A DNA stretch of 64,000 nucleotides from a plasmid: the sequence record NZ_CP014093.1; one strand, given 5' to 3'. The translations under genes were made by a program, and so were the position numbers. Under the pieces are notes generated by a model. It was not told where the DNA came from. It searched no databases and saw nothing but the letters and a program-made list of their open reading frames with translations. Below are positions 26,497 to 35,504 of the stretch, one piece after another. Numbering within the stretch: position 1 is the stretch's first letter; every line of letters begins with the position of its first letter.

Positions 26497-27171
26497 GTGT
26501 TTTTAATGGCTTTGACAATAGCAGAGAAACTTCAAAGACAACGAGAGAAGCAAAAACAATCAATGGAACGGGCGCGAGCAAAGCAAATCGCCAAAATGAA
26601 CGATCCCGAGGAACGGCAGAAACGCTTCAAAAAGCAATTACAGCAGCAAGAGCGTCAGCGCCAGCGACAAATCGAGCGCTTAAATGATCCCGAATACCAG
26701 AAAAAGCAGCGTGACAAACAGCAACAGCGCATCGAGCGCCAAAAAGCGAAGCCTGTAGCGAAGAAACCGACCAAAAAGATCGCCAGTAAGGGATTGAAAG
26801 GCCGAACGCCCACGGCAGAGGAAAGGCGCATCATGGATGCCATTGGCCGCTTACCATGTATTGCGTGTTGGCTGCATGGCCGAGAGAATCCGGTGATTTC
26901 CTTGCATCATGTGTTTGGTCGTGTTGGAGAACGGGCGCATGCGTATGTATTACCCTTGTGTTGTTATCACCACGACACGCTACTAGAAGCGGAGAAGCGC
27001 GCTCAGTATCCCGATATGATACCTATCCACGCAAAAGGGAAGTACGGCGGGAAAGCGCAATGGAAGATCCACAACGGTACAGAGATAGAGCTGTTGTTTA
27101 AGGTCTATAATCTGGCGGGATTGCCACTTGAATTGCTCGAAAACATTTACCCTCAACATTCCGAACATTAA
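26497..27171 (+). CDS. Ref-like HNH endonuclease-fold protein (DUF968-like) with repetitive basic N-terminus
   Basis: C-terminal GRLPCIACWLHG...ISLHHVFGRVGERAHAYVLPLCCYHHD has Cys/His zinc-binding motifs like phage P1 Ref. The N-terminus has internal repeats (MNDPEERQKRFKKQLQQQERQRQRQIERLNDPEYQKKQRDKQQQRIERQ). Confidence 0.5.
   Translation: MFLMALTIAEKLQRQREKQKQSMERARAKQIAKMNDPEERQKRFKKQLQQQERQRQRQIERLNDPEYQKKQRDKQQQRIERQKAKPVAKKPTKKIASKGLKGRTPTAEERRIMDAIGRLPCIACWLHGRENPVISLHHVFGRVGERAHAYVLPLCCYHHDTLLEAEKRAQYPDMIPIHAKGKYGGKAQWKIHNGTEIELLFKVYNLAGLPLELLENIYPQHSEH
27158..27167 (-). promoter_or_regulatory. element motif ATTCCGAACA at the 3' end of the Ref-like gene
   Basis: Exact 10-mer. Confidence 0.45.
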
Positions 27172-27268
27172 TTAATATAAACACCATTAACAGGGCTGAA
27201 AAGCTTGGTTAATAGTGTTAAACTGACCAAGACTCCCCATCTTAAAAAGCGCGCTTAGAGGTCACAAC

Positions 27269-27901
27269 ATGGCACGAACGCGCATAGCTGTACTTACTCT
27301 ATCATCTGGCCAGCCACGACTTATGCTTGCTGGTGTAGATGATGGTCAACTCCATATCATCGAATGCCAACAATTAGAGCGCTCATTGATGAGCCTTAAG
27401 CTGACTTTGCCCGAGAAGTTAGAAAAGCTCAAAAAAGGCGGTTTTATTGTGCTGGTGGACGAGGTTACGCCCTACTTTTCGAAGTATGGGCGCGCCGTTC
27501 GCCTGTCCGAACTGGACGCAAAAGGCAGACCGATCATTGTGTCGGCAATGGAAGCCTATAACTATCTCACATCCCTAAGTGCTATCACCTACCCGCCTAA
27601 CGCTGGTGGCCGCTTCGAAGTGTCGCCGTCCATCGTAGAAGAAGTTCGGGGAACGGATGGTAAACCAACGTACAACATTGACTGGTCAGAACTGCGCCCT
27701 GATACCTACGCGCTCATGTTTGTGGTCTATGCAGCTACACAAGACAGTATCGGCGACACGGTAACGCTTAAGAGCTTGTTTGGCCTGTTACGTAAGCCCA
27801 AGAAAGAGCCAGGAATGGCCTCGCGCGCAATGGGATTGTTCAAGGCAAAAACGGGGCTAATCGCAGACGGTAAGTATCGTATGGGGGGTGATCATGAGTA
27901 A
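27269..27901 (+). CDS. hypothetical phage protein
   Basis: 210-aa ORF. Confidence 0.4.
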   Translation: MARTRIAVLTLSSGQPRLMLAGVDDGQLHIIECQQLERSLMSLKLTLPEKLEKLKKGGFIVLVDEVTPYFSKYGRAVRLSELDAKGRPIIVSAMEAYNYLTSLSAITYPPNAGGRFEVSPSIVEEVRGTDGKPTYNIDWSELRPDTYALMFVVYAATQDSIGDTVTLKSLFGLLRKPKKEPGMASRAMGLFKAKTGLIADGKYRMGGDHE

Positions 27902-28217
27902 GTTATCCCGCCTCTCAGCAGAGAACATCGAGGACGATATTCTACGGGCGCATTTCTTTGCCATCGTCATGGAATACGTCAACCGTTCGGGCAATACCGA
28001 TCTGTTTGAGTACACCATTCGACTTGATGAGGTTTATCGTGCGGATCTTGTCTCTTACAGAGCTTACGCCACGGTTGAGCTTGATTGGCTGGTAAGTCTG
28101 GTCTGTGACGTAGACGACCCAATGAATCCGCTACCTGTTGGCGAAACCATCAAACTGCCACCAGCATCTTGGGTGCGTCGTTCCATGCGTCAATTCATGG
28201 ACGAAATGGGGCTGTAA
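27888..28217 (+). CDS. hypothetical phage protein
   Basis: 109-aa ORF overlapping its neighbours by a few nt. Confidence 0.4.
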   Translation: MIMSKLSRLSAENIEDDILRAHFFAIVMEYVNRSGNTDLFEYTIRLDEVYRADLVSYRAYATVELDWLVSLVCDVDDPMNPLPVGETIKLPPASWVRRSMRQFMDEMGL

Positions 28218-28220
28218 CTT

Positions 28221-29372
28221 ATGCCGAAGAAGTTTGAAGCGGAGAAACGGGATAACGGCTCATTTGCCAGCCTTGGCCTCAATGAGAGACAGTTCAACCA
28301 GCTATTCAACAAGATTGAACGGGCGCAAAAGAAAAACCGCCGCAATGCCAAGCGAACGCTGACCGCCTCAACGCTGGCCAAGCCAACTAATAAGGCATTA
28401 AAAGCGCTAGGCGAAAAGGCTAAAGGGCAACGGTTTACCAAAGAAGACCTGATCAAGTTCGACAAGGCTCGCCAGCGACACAAAGAGGTCTATGACAGTA
28501 AGACAGCGGGTATCACCTACGCCTTTTTGGTGAAGAACTCGCGTCAAATTGACATAGACCGCGCTAACAACCGTGTCGATGACGGTACGGGTATTCACAA
28601 GGCCACGTTGATCGGCATTAAGAACAATATCGTGCTTATTCGTGTCCGAGCCTCAAGCGTGTCTAGACATGAAGAACACCGAGTAAAAGTGCGTCTTGAG
28701 CAGTGGGATGAACTACTACACGAATCGCCTAATGGGGATTACAACCAAGCGGTGCAACTGGCGTGTGCTGGCCGTATTTCCTTTGATTGCGACTGCGGAC
28801 GTCACCAGTATTGGTATCGATACTTGGCCACTATGGGTAACTACTGTATAGCGCCACCTAAAGAGTTTGCATTCCCGAAAATCCGAAACCCTGAATTGTC
28901 CGGTGTGGCATGTAAACACGTCCTTAAGGCAACAACCATGCTGCAATCACTGGCATGGCAACGCATCTTGGCCAACCAAATGAAACAGCAAGCGCGCCGT
29001 GTTGGTTTTGGCTCAGATAACAAAACGTACTTGCTCAACGAGAAAGAGAAGAAAGCCGCCGCTCGCAACCGTAAAACAATGGTGGATAAGGCCGCAGCTA
29101 CGCGCGAACACGCGAAATATCTACGTGCTCAGAACGCAATGGAAAAACAGATCGCCAAACAGAAACGGGAAAGCGAAACTATTAAGCGCCAAGCGCGCAA
29201 ACTGCGTCAGGAGTCCAACGAGAAGAAAGGTTATATCGATATGATTAAGGTCGGCTTCCAGAACTTCCATGACGGCTACAAGCTGCAAGGAAAGACTAAG
29301 AGTGAAGCTCTGACCAACTTCGCAAAATTGATGAACGTAACACCAAGCAGATTAGAGAGAATCATCAAATGA
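28221..29372 (+). CDS. SWIM-type zinc-finger protein with basic coiled-coil tails
   Basis: FDCDCGRHQYWYRY...GVACKHVLKA fits the SWIM pattern C-x-C-x(n)-C-x-H. Confidence 0.45.
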   Translation: MPKKFEAEKRDNGSFASLGLNERQFNQLFNKIERAQKKNRRNAKRTLTASTLAKPTNKALKALGEKAKGQRFTKEDLIKFDKARQRHKEVYDSKTAGITYAFLVKNSRQIDIDRANNRVDDGTGIHKATLIGIKNNIVLIRVRASSVSRHEEHRVKVRLEQWDELLHESPNGDYNQAVQLACAGRISFDCDCGRHQYWYRYLATMGNYCIAPPKEFAFPKIRNPELSGVACKHVLKATTMLQSLAWQRILANQMKQQARRVGFGSDNKTYLLNEKEKKAAARNRKTMVDKAAATREHAKYLRAQNAMEKQIAKQKRESETIKRQARKLRQESNEKKGYIDMIKVGFQNFHDGYKLQGKTKSEALTNFAKLMNVTPSRLERIIK

Positions 29373-29881
29373 GTGACGCAGTTAAACCTGTAGTAAGAAA
29401 GGCTCGATACCAAGGCCATGTGCCCTTTAACCGTGTTTTAAGGGATGATTGGATTAAGGCCATCAAACTATCACCTGATCACTTTGAAGCGTCCCTTTAT
29501 CGCCCTGCGGATCCAGAACTGGAACCAACGGATGATAATTACCAAAGCGAGTCAGTGTTAGAGCTAGAAACCAACCAAGACACGCTTACTTATCGTGAGC
29601 CAGAGCTGGTGGCTTTATTAGCTTGTCCAGATGAGCAAGAGAACTTTTTCATGATGGACGATGGCGACGAAAACCTTGGCGAGTCCTTAGAACCGCTAAT
29701 GCTGCGTATTGCTTCGCACCATGTTCCTATTGGTAGTGTACTGGAATGGGATGAAGAAAACGCCGAGGGATTACGAACCGTGTGGTGGTACGTACATAAA
29801 GCCGTTGGCTATGGCACAGCGAATGTGGGCGTGATTTATATCTGCATACCAATGCGTGATTTTAACAAATTACTTAAGTAG
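29369..29881 (+). CDS. hypothetical acidic protein, last gene of the phage-like block
   Basis: 170-aa ORF with ATGA overlap to the SWIM gene. Confidence 0.4.
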   Translation: MSDAVKPVVRKARYQGHVPFNRVLRDDWIKAIKLSPDHFEASLYRPADPELEPTDDNYQSESVLELETNQDTLTYREPELVALLACPDEQENFFMMDDGDENLGESLEPLMLRIASHHVPIGSVLEWDEENAEGLRTVWWYVHKAVGYGTANVGVIYICIPMRDFNKLLK

Positions 29882-29892
29882 AAAATTCACCA

Positions 29893-29985
29893 CATAATGC
29901 AGCACCACCTTTAATGGCTAGGGTGCTCCCTGCAAAAGAGCAGAGAGGGGAATACAACATCTTAATATATAACATTTGCGATGTT
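29893..29985 (+). repeat. degenerate attC-like site at the junction of the phage-like block and the cassette-like region
   Basis: TAATGCAGCACCACCTTTAA ... GGGGAATACAACATCTTAA resembles the left and right halves of the cassette repeats further downstream. Confidence 0.3.
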
Positions 29986-31469
29986 ATTTAATTTTCTATC
30001 CAATAAAGCAATGGGGATTGGACGACTTAAATAGAACCCTTGAACTAGCTCACAATCTAACTCTTCTAGAACACACAACTGTTCAAGGGTCTCTACCCCT
30101 TCAGCAACGACTTGAATACCAAATCCCTTTGCGATGTTGACGATGCCGGAAGTGATCGCTCTTGAGCGATAATCAATAGCGATGTTTTTAATGAAGCTTC
30201 GATCTATTTTTATTTCATCGACATCCAACTTGTTGAATATTGCAAATGAGGTATAGCCAACACCGAAGTCATCAATAGAGAACTTTACACCAGATTTCTT
30301 GAGTTCTCTGACTAGACTTGCGCATTGATCAACATCGTTTAACGTTGCTGTCTCTGTGATTTCCAAGCAGAGGTATTGTGCAAAATCAAGATCTTTTTTT
30401 AAGTAATTTTCGATACGATGCATATCTTCAATGCTATTTAGCTCAGTAGCAGAAAGGTTCACTGATACCTCTTGAATGGCTCGTCCTAGAAGCTGAGTTT
30501 CTCTAAGTTGCTTTGATGCTTGCTTGAGGACTAGTTCTGTTAGAGCGCTGCAGAGATTGTTCTCTTCTGCCAGTGTGATAAATACTGCAGGAGATATATC
30601 TCCATATTCGGGGTGTTTCCATCGAGAGAGCACTTCAACTCCAGCGACTCTCTTATCTTTAAGGCAATACTTTGGTTGAAAAACAATCTGTATTTGGTTT
30701 TCTCGTATTGCGTTACGTAAGTCTGAAGTCATCTGCTGTCTCTGGAGCTCATGTTTAGCGAGCTCTTTGTCGTGGTAGCAGACAGTATTTTTCGTGATTT
30801 TTGCTTGAGCAAGTGCATATTTAGCTGACGACATGAGCTGTTTTACACTTTCCCCATCAAATGGATAAAGCGCAACACCAATGGAGCATGTCAAATCAAT
30901 ACCATGACGTTTTGAGTTCTGCTTAAACTGCCTTTGAATAAGTGCTAAGTGCATATCAACTTGACTTTCGCTTTCCATACGAATCAAACAAGCAAATCCA
31001 TCAGAATGCACCCTTGAAGAGAAAAGTGGAGAAACGGTAGAAGAGTTAATCGATTGTGCGATATCTTTTAGAAACAGATTACTCTTTACAAAACCGATTC
31101 GGTCGGAAACGGGCTTAAAATTGTCTATATCGAGAAGAAATAAAACATAATGTTCATCCTTTTTTGTATTACGAAACTTTTGTTCCAAATAGCGAAAAAA
31201 GACGTAGGGGCTATGTAAACCGGTTACATAGTCAATGTCATTGGCTCGTTCAATATACCTGTTGTTCTTTTTTATCAGCCCCATAGCAAGAAAGAGGTGA
31301 TCACAACAAATAGCATTCCTTTTAGTGACTGAACCGAGGTGTATACTTGTTGATTGTTAGATAGGAGCTCTACCGCTTTGTCTGAGAACAATACCCACAT
31401 TGACGCGAATGCAAAGTAGGACAAAACGATCTTAGCGGAGCTGAGAAAGTTTTTTTTCATATAAACCAC
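29962..31469 (-). CDS. membrane-anchored degenerate-GGDEF / EAL protein (c-di-GMP phosphodiesterase), -1 frameshift near 31280
   Basis: EAL signature GVEVLSRW and DDFGVGYTSF. Degenerate GGDEF (SDGFACL). The N-terminal TM segment is encoded in a separate frame (31275-31469). Confidence 0.7.
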
Positions 31470-31843
31470 AAAATACTCGTGTACTGCCCAAGGTTAAGAG
31501 CATACTTAAATAAGTAAACTATCACCACATTGCATATCAAGCTAGCAATATATCAATTAGATTTTCAAAACAACATATTAAACACATGCTTTTACGGATT
31601 AAGTTGACGTTTCGTCGTAACAAGAACCTCTAATTGCCCCCATCCTAATATTGTTCAGGTCTAGAGCTTAGTTGCTGTATGTTTACCATCTATGTTGCTT
31701 ATATGAGTTTCAAGAAATATATAAGCTAATAAGGAAGTTGCATATCAAACATGGCTGAACTGTCAAATCTGTTCAAACTGGATTTAATCGATTTACAGTT
31801 ACGAGTAGAATCACTTTTAATAGACCAATGGATGACTTAATTT

Positions 31844-33433
31844 ATGGAATACCTGGGTGAATCAAAGCGGCTGAGAGATAAGTTAAATTTAAGACAACTG
31901 ATACTATTTTTAAGCATCTTTAGTATGATGGTCACCCTTCTAAACGCTTTTTACTCCATATATCATGTTCAACGTGAACTAACTGTCACTAACACCATTG
32001 AATCCAATCGTGTTTATGCTGAAAAAATGGCCAGAATGACGGACACTTTCATTGAATCAGCACTATCACAATTGGAGTACAGCGCACTTATGCTTAGAAG
32101 CAAGGTGCGAGATACAGATGAGTTGCAACAAGAAGTGGATCGGTTGAGGCTCCAAACCAATGCCTTTAACTCTGTAGTCATCGTCAATGCGAAGGGAATT
32201 ATTGTTGCCGTTTCACCTGAAGCAATACAAGTGAAAGGTGTCCAATTAACAAGTGAAAGTTCGCTACAATCATTGAAAGCTAAGTCTCCAATCGTGACTG
32301 ATCCCTTCGTATCTCCTGCAGGTAATTATCTGATAAGTATTTCCCACCCTATTTTCTCCGAACAAAAAGAGTATTTAGGATATGTCAGTGGCTCTATTTA
32401 TCTCGATAAGAAGAACATGTTAATGAGCATACTTGGGCAACATAGCTATAGAGATGGGTCATACCTCTACGTTGTGGATAAGAATCAGACATTGATCTAT
32501 CACCCTGATCGGCAAAGAGTGGGAGAAGTCATTGTTAATAATGACGCGATAAATGATGTTATTCAGGGAAATAAAGGTGGTAAAGCCATCATTAACTCCA
32601 AGGGTATTGATATGCTTACTGGGTACGCACCAGTTAATGCTTCAGGTTGGGGGATAGTTGCACAGAAATCAGAAGGCTTAACTTTTTCTGTACTTAACGA
32701 CCAAATGTGGGATGTGCTTGTAGAAACTTTTCCAATTGGAGCCATCACGCTTTTAGTTATTTGGATATCTGCGGCTTTTATCTCAAAACCGTTGTGGCAG
32801 CTAGCTAATGTAGTCAAAAGCTTTGAAAACCGTACTTCTGCTATACGAGACTTAAATGAAGTTAAACCTTGGTATTTTGAAGCTTCACATCTAAAGTGTT
32901 CATTTCTCAGCGCATTCAACATTGTATCCAACACCATTGACCAACTGCATATCGATACTTTAACGGATTCAATGACTGGGCTGTTAAACCGTCGAGGTTT
33001 AGATAAAGCCATTGATAACTTGCGTATACAAAACACTCCATTTTCTGTGCTCGCTCTGGATGTTGACTATTTCAAAAAAGTCAATGATACCTTTGGCCAT
33101 GATGCCGGTGATGCCTTACTTGTCAGTGTGGCAAATATTATCAAGGCTCAGGCGAGAGAGATGGATATTGTCTGCCGCTCTGGCGGAGAGGAGTTTATGG
33201 TCTTTTTAGTTAAAACTGACATACGTCAAGCTGAATACGTTGCTGAGAGAATCCGAAAAGCCATTGATTCAAACGAGTTTGATGTTGTAGGTCACGTGAC
33301 TATTTCTATCGGCATGTCTCAATGGTTTGCAGAAAGAGAACCGATCAACGCTATTCTTAAAGGTGCTGATGATGCGCTTTACCAGGCAAAACATAACGGT
33401 AGAAATAGAACTGAGGTGCATAAGGTCAACTGA
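31844..33433 (+). CDS. sensor diguanylate cyclase (periplasmic Cache-like domain + GGDEF)
   Basis: Two TM helices flank a Cache-like sensor. C-terminal GGDEF domain with RSGGEEF active-site motif and a DxLT...RxGxD-type region. Confidence 0.8.
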   Translation: MEYLGESKRLRDKLNLRQLILFLSIFSMMVTLLNAFYSIYHVQRELTVTNTIESNRVYAEKMARMTDTFIESALSQLEYSALMLRSKVRDTDELQQEVDRLRLQTNAFNSVVIVNAKGIIVAVSPEAIQVKGVQLTSESSLQSLKAKSPIVTDPFVSPAGNYLISISHPIFSEQKEYLGYVSGSIYLDKKNMLMSILGQHSYRDGSYLYVVDKNQTLIYHPDRQRVGEVIVNNDAINDVIQGNKGGKAIINSKGIDMLTGYAPVNASGWGIVAQKSEGLTFSVLNDQMWDVLVETFPIGAITLLVIWISAAFISKPLWQLANVVKSFENRTSAIRDLNEVKPWYFEASHLKCSFLSAFNIVSNTIDQLHIDTLTDSMTGLLNRRGLDKAIDNLRIQNTPFSVLALDVDYFKKVNDTFGHDAGDALLVSVANIIKAQAREMDIVCRSGGEEFMVFLVKTDIRQAEYVAERIRKAIDSNEFDVVGHVTISIGMSQWFAEREPINAILKGADDALYQAKHNGRNRTEVHKVN

Positions 33434-33776
33434 CTCGATCAATTTAATGTGTCATTTACTTTAGGTTCGTTGTAACTTAATTCAGACTTAGCGAACATAT
33501 AAAGTTCACAACTTCAAGATACCTTTACTCTTAAAATTCAAGTGTATTAGGTTGAGCTGTTTCATAAGAATTTTTTTGTCAAGTCAAGCAAGCGAAACTT
33601 GTTACCAAGCTTCGTCTATCTCGTAATCCAACATGTAAGTAGTCTCGATGTAAAAAACATAATCTTTTACAGGTTAGCTCATTTCTCGTTCCTCAAGTTG
33701 CGAGTAGTAAGAAATGCTATCTGCTTCTAAAGCTTTATTTTACTGGATTGAGCTCGAACCCAATTTTAAGAGTAAG

Positions 33777-33862
33777 TAACGTAATATTGCAGCACCTTAA
33801 TTATAAACATCAAACGCATATTGAAATTGCCGCGTGTGCCGAATCATTCTTGAGCGATTAAT
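33777..33862 (+). repeat. degenerate attC-like cassette repeat
   Basis: TAACGTAATATTGCAGCACCTTAA...CAAACGCATATTGAAATTGCCGCGTGTGCCGAATCATTCTTGAGCGATTA aligns with the downstream attC family. Confidence 0.4.
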
Positions 33863-33894
33863 TTTACGAACAAAACAAACCTTAGCAATATGAT

Positions 33895-34191
33895 TTATAT
33901 GAACTTATCTCGCTCATCCAAACATTCATCTGAAGCCATTTCAAACTCGCGACATATCCAAGGACGATTTTCATAAATTTTGCACATTAAGCTATCTCTA
34001 TCTAAAGCAGCACACCAACCATCACTTAGACGCAGCATTGCCTCACTACCATACTGATCACGTTTGATGAATTGTTCTGGTACTCCCGTATCAGAAATGA
34101 TCATTACTTCAAGCCGACAACAGCATGCTTTACAGTTAGAACAAGATATATTTGAGGAATAAGCTGGTGTAGAAAAGGTGGGTATGTTCAT
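33895..34191 (-). CDS. YkgJ-family cysteine-cluster protein (CxxCxxCC)
   Basis: CSNCKACCC and a later C-x-C cluster resemble the YkgJ zinc/iron-chelating domain. Confidence 0.55.
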   Translation of the reverse strand: MNIPTFSTPAYSSNISCSNCKACCCRLEVMIISDTGVPEQFIKRDQYGSEAMLRLSDGWCAALDRDSLMCKIYENRPWICREFEMASDECLDERDKFI

Positions 34192-34277
34192 AAGTAGCTA
34201 CATTTTGATTAATTACACATAATACCGTAATTTAGTACAAACTACCTTACTTCTGATGTTCGCTACCTTGTGGATCA

Positions 34278-34397
34278 TAATGCCCTGTAAAGGTATCAAC
34301 CACGCTAATACCTTAGTTAAACAATTGTGTCATAAACACTAAACTGGCTTGGAGTGAAAGCGCCAAGTGTTACGAAGCCATCTCGAACAGTTTGTTA
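34278..34397 (+). repeat. attC site (cassette recombination site)
   Basis: TAATGCCCTGTAAAGG...AAACACTAAACTGGCTTGGAGTGAAAGCGCCAAGTGTTACGAAGCCATCTCGAACAGTTTGTTA. Confidence 0.55.
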
Positions 34398-34454
34398 TAT
34401 GCTTGTATTGCACCTATAATTTATGCGCACACACAATACGCACAGGTTACTATC

Positions 34455-34700
34455 ATGAGAAACGCATATAGTACGCAAGCACCAAAGAAAGCTACAAACT
34501 TAAGCTTAAACAGTGAGTTACTTGCGGAGGCTAAACGCTTAAATATAAACCTTTCGGCAACAATGGAAAAGGCACTTGAAAAAGAAGTACGTCAACGCCT
34601 TAAAGCTGAATGGTTAAAGCAAAATTCTGAGGCCATTAATGCTTGTAACGAGCTAACTGAAAATCACGGACTATTTTCTGATTCTTACCGAGTATTCTAA
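34455..34700 (+). CDS. ccdA: CcdA antitoxin
   Basis: NLSLNSELLAEAKRLNINLSATMEKALEKEVRQRLKAEWLKQNSEAINACNELTENHGLFSDSYRVF aligns with F-plasmid CcdA. Start taken at MRNAY. Confidence 0.75.
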   Translation: MRNAYSTQAPKKATNLSLNSELLAEAKRLNINLSATMEKALEKEVRQRLKAEWLKQNSEAINACNELTENHGLFSDSYRVF

Positions 34701-35017
34701 TGTCACAATTCTCGCTATACAAAAACAACGATAAAAACACTGCAACCGCATATCCATACTTTGTTGACGTTCAAAGTGGATTGCTGGATACATTGAACAC
34801 TCGGTTAGTTATTCCGTTGACGCCTATTGAGCTGTTAGAGAAAAAAGCACCCAGTCATCTATGCCCCATAATCCATATTGATGAAGGTGACTTCGTAATT
34901 CTGACGCATCAAATGGCAAGTGTACCAACCAAAATTCTAAGAGAACCTGTAAGCAATCTAAGCACTTTTAGAGACGAGATCATCTCTGCTATCGACTTTC
35001 TTATTACGGGCATATAA
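34700..35017 (+). CDS. ccdB: CcdB toxin (gyrase poison)
   Basis: MSQFSLYKN...YPYFVDVQSGLLDTLNTRLVIPL...VPTKILREPVSNLSTFRDEIISAIDFLITGI closely parallels E. coli CcdB. Confidence 0.85.
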   Translation: MSQFSLYKNNDKNTATAYPYFVDVQSGLLDTLNTRLVIPLTPIELLEKKAPSHLCPIIHIDEGDFVILTHQMASVPTKILREPVSNLSTFRDEIISAIDFLITGI

Positions 35018-35120
35018 CGCCAGCCACGCAATCACGACACTTAACTTGGACGCCGTAAACACTAAACTTGACCCAAACTAAAAATGCCAAGCGTGGGGAA
35101 TCACTCTTAAATGCTTTCAT
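35015..35120 (+). repeat. attC site
   Basis: TAACGCCAGCCACGC...AAAAATGCCAAGCGTGGGGAATCACTCTTAAATGCTT. Confidence 0.55.
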
Positions 35121-35193
35121 TTCTATCCCCTAAAATTGCCAGAATGGTAAGTTAAATATCCACCCCATAACAGTAAACGCTGTTAGCAGTAGA

Positions 35194-35379
35194 CTAAAAA
35201 GAAATCCCAGTAAGCCGCCATTGTATCACTTGTTTCAGCATGACAAATTCAGGGATACTCGCAGCGACAGTGCTCATACAAAACGCTAATGTCGTACTAA
35301 TGGGAAGACCATTTCTCAGTAGACTCTCCATGATAGGAATCACCCCCGTCGCATTAGAATACAGAGGGATACCAATCAA
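35194..35379 (-). pseudogene. C-terminal remnant of a membrane permease, truncated by the IS200/IS605 insertion
   Basis: 61-aa hydrophobic fragment ending at the IS end. Confidence 0.35.
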
Positions 35380-35504
35380 TACTGAAACTGGAACCGACCA
35401 CCACTGACCTGCGCCTAATTGACATCCTCCCCTAGCTGATTCGCTAGGGGATTCCCATTACATGGGCGCACGCTAAATTGCTTTAGGTGCAAGTTCCTGA
35501 TTCA

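Noticed and set aside
32563-33209. ORFs antisense to or inside the Cache-GGDEF gene
   Set aside because: Shadow ORFs of a well-supported 529-aa gene.
29962-33433. GGDEF/EAL and Cache-GGDEF genes considered as part of the phage-like element
   Set aside because: No element-motif copies occur after 27.2 kb, and attC-like repeats flank these genes. They belong to the cassette or chromosomal side.
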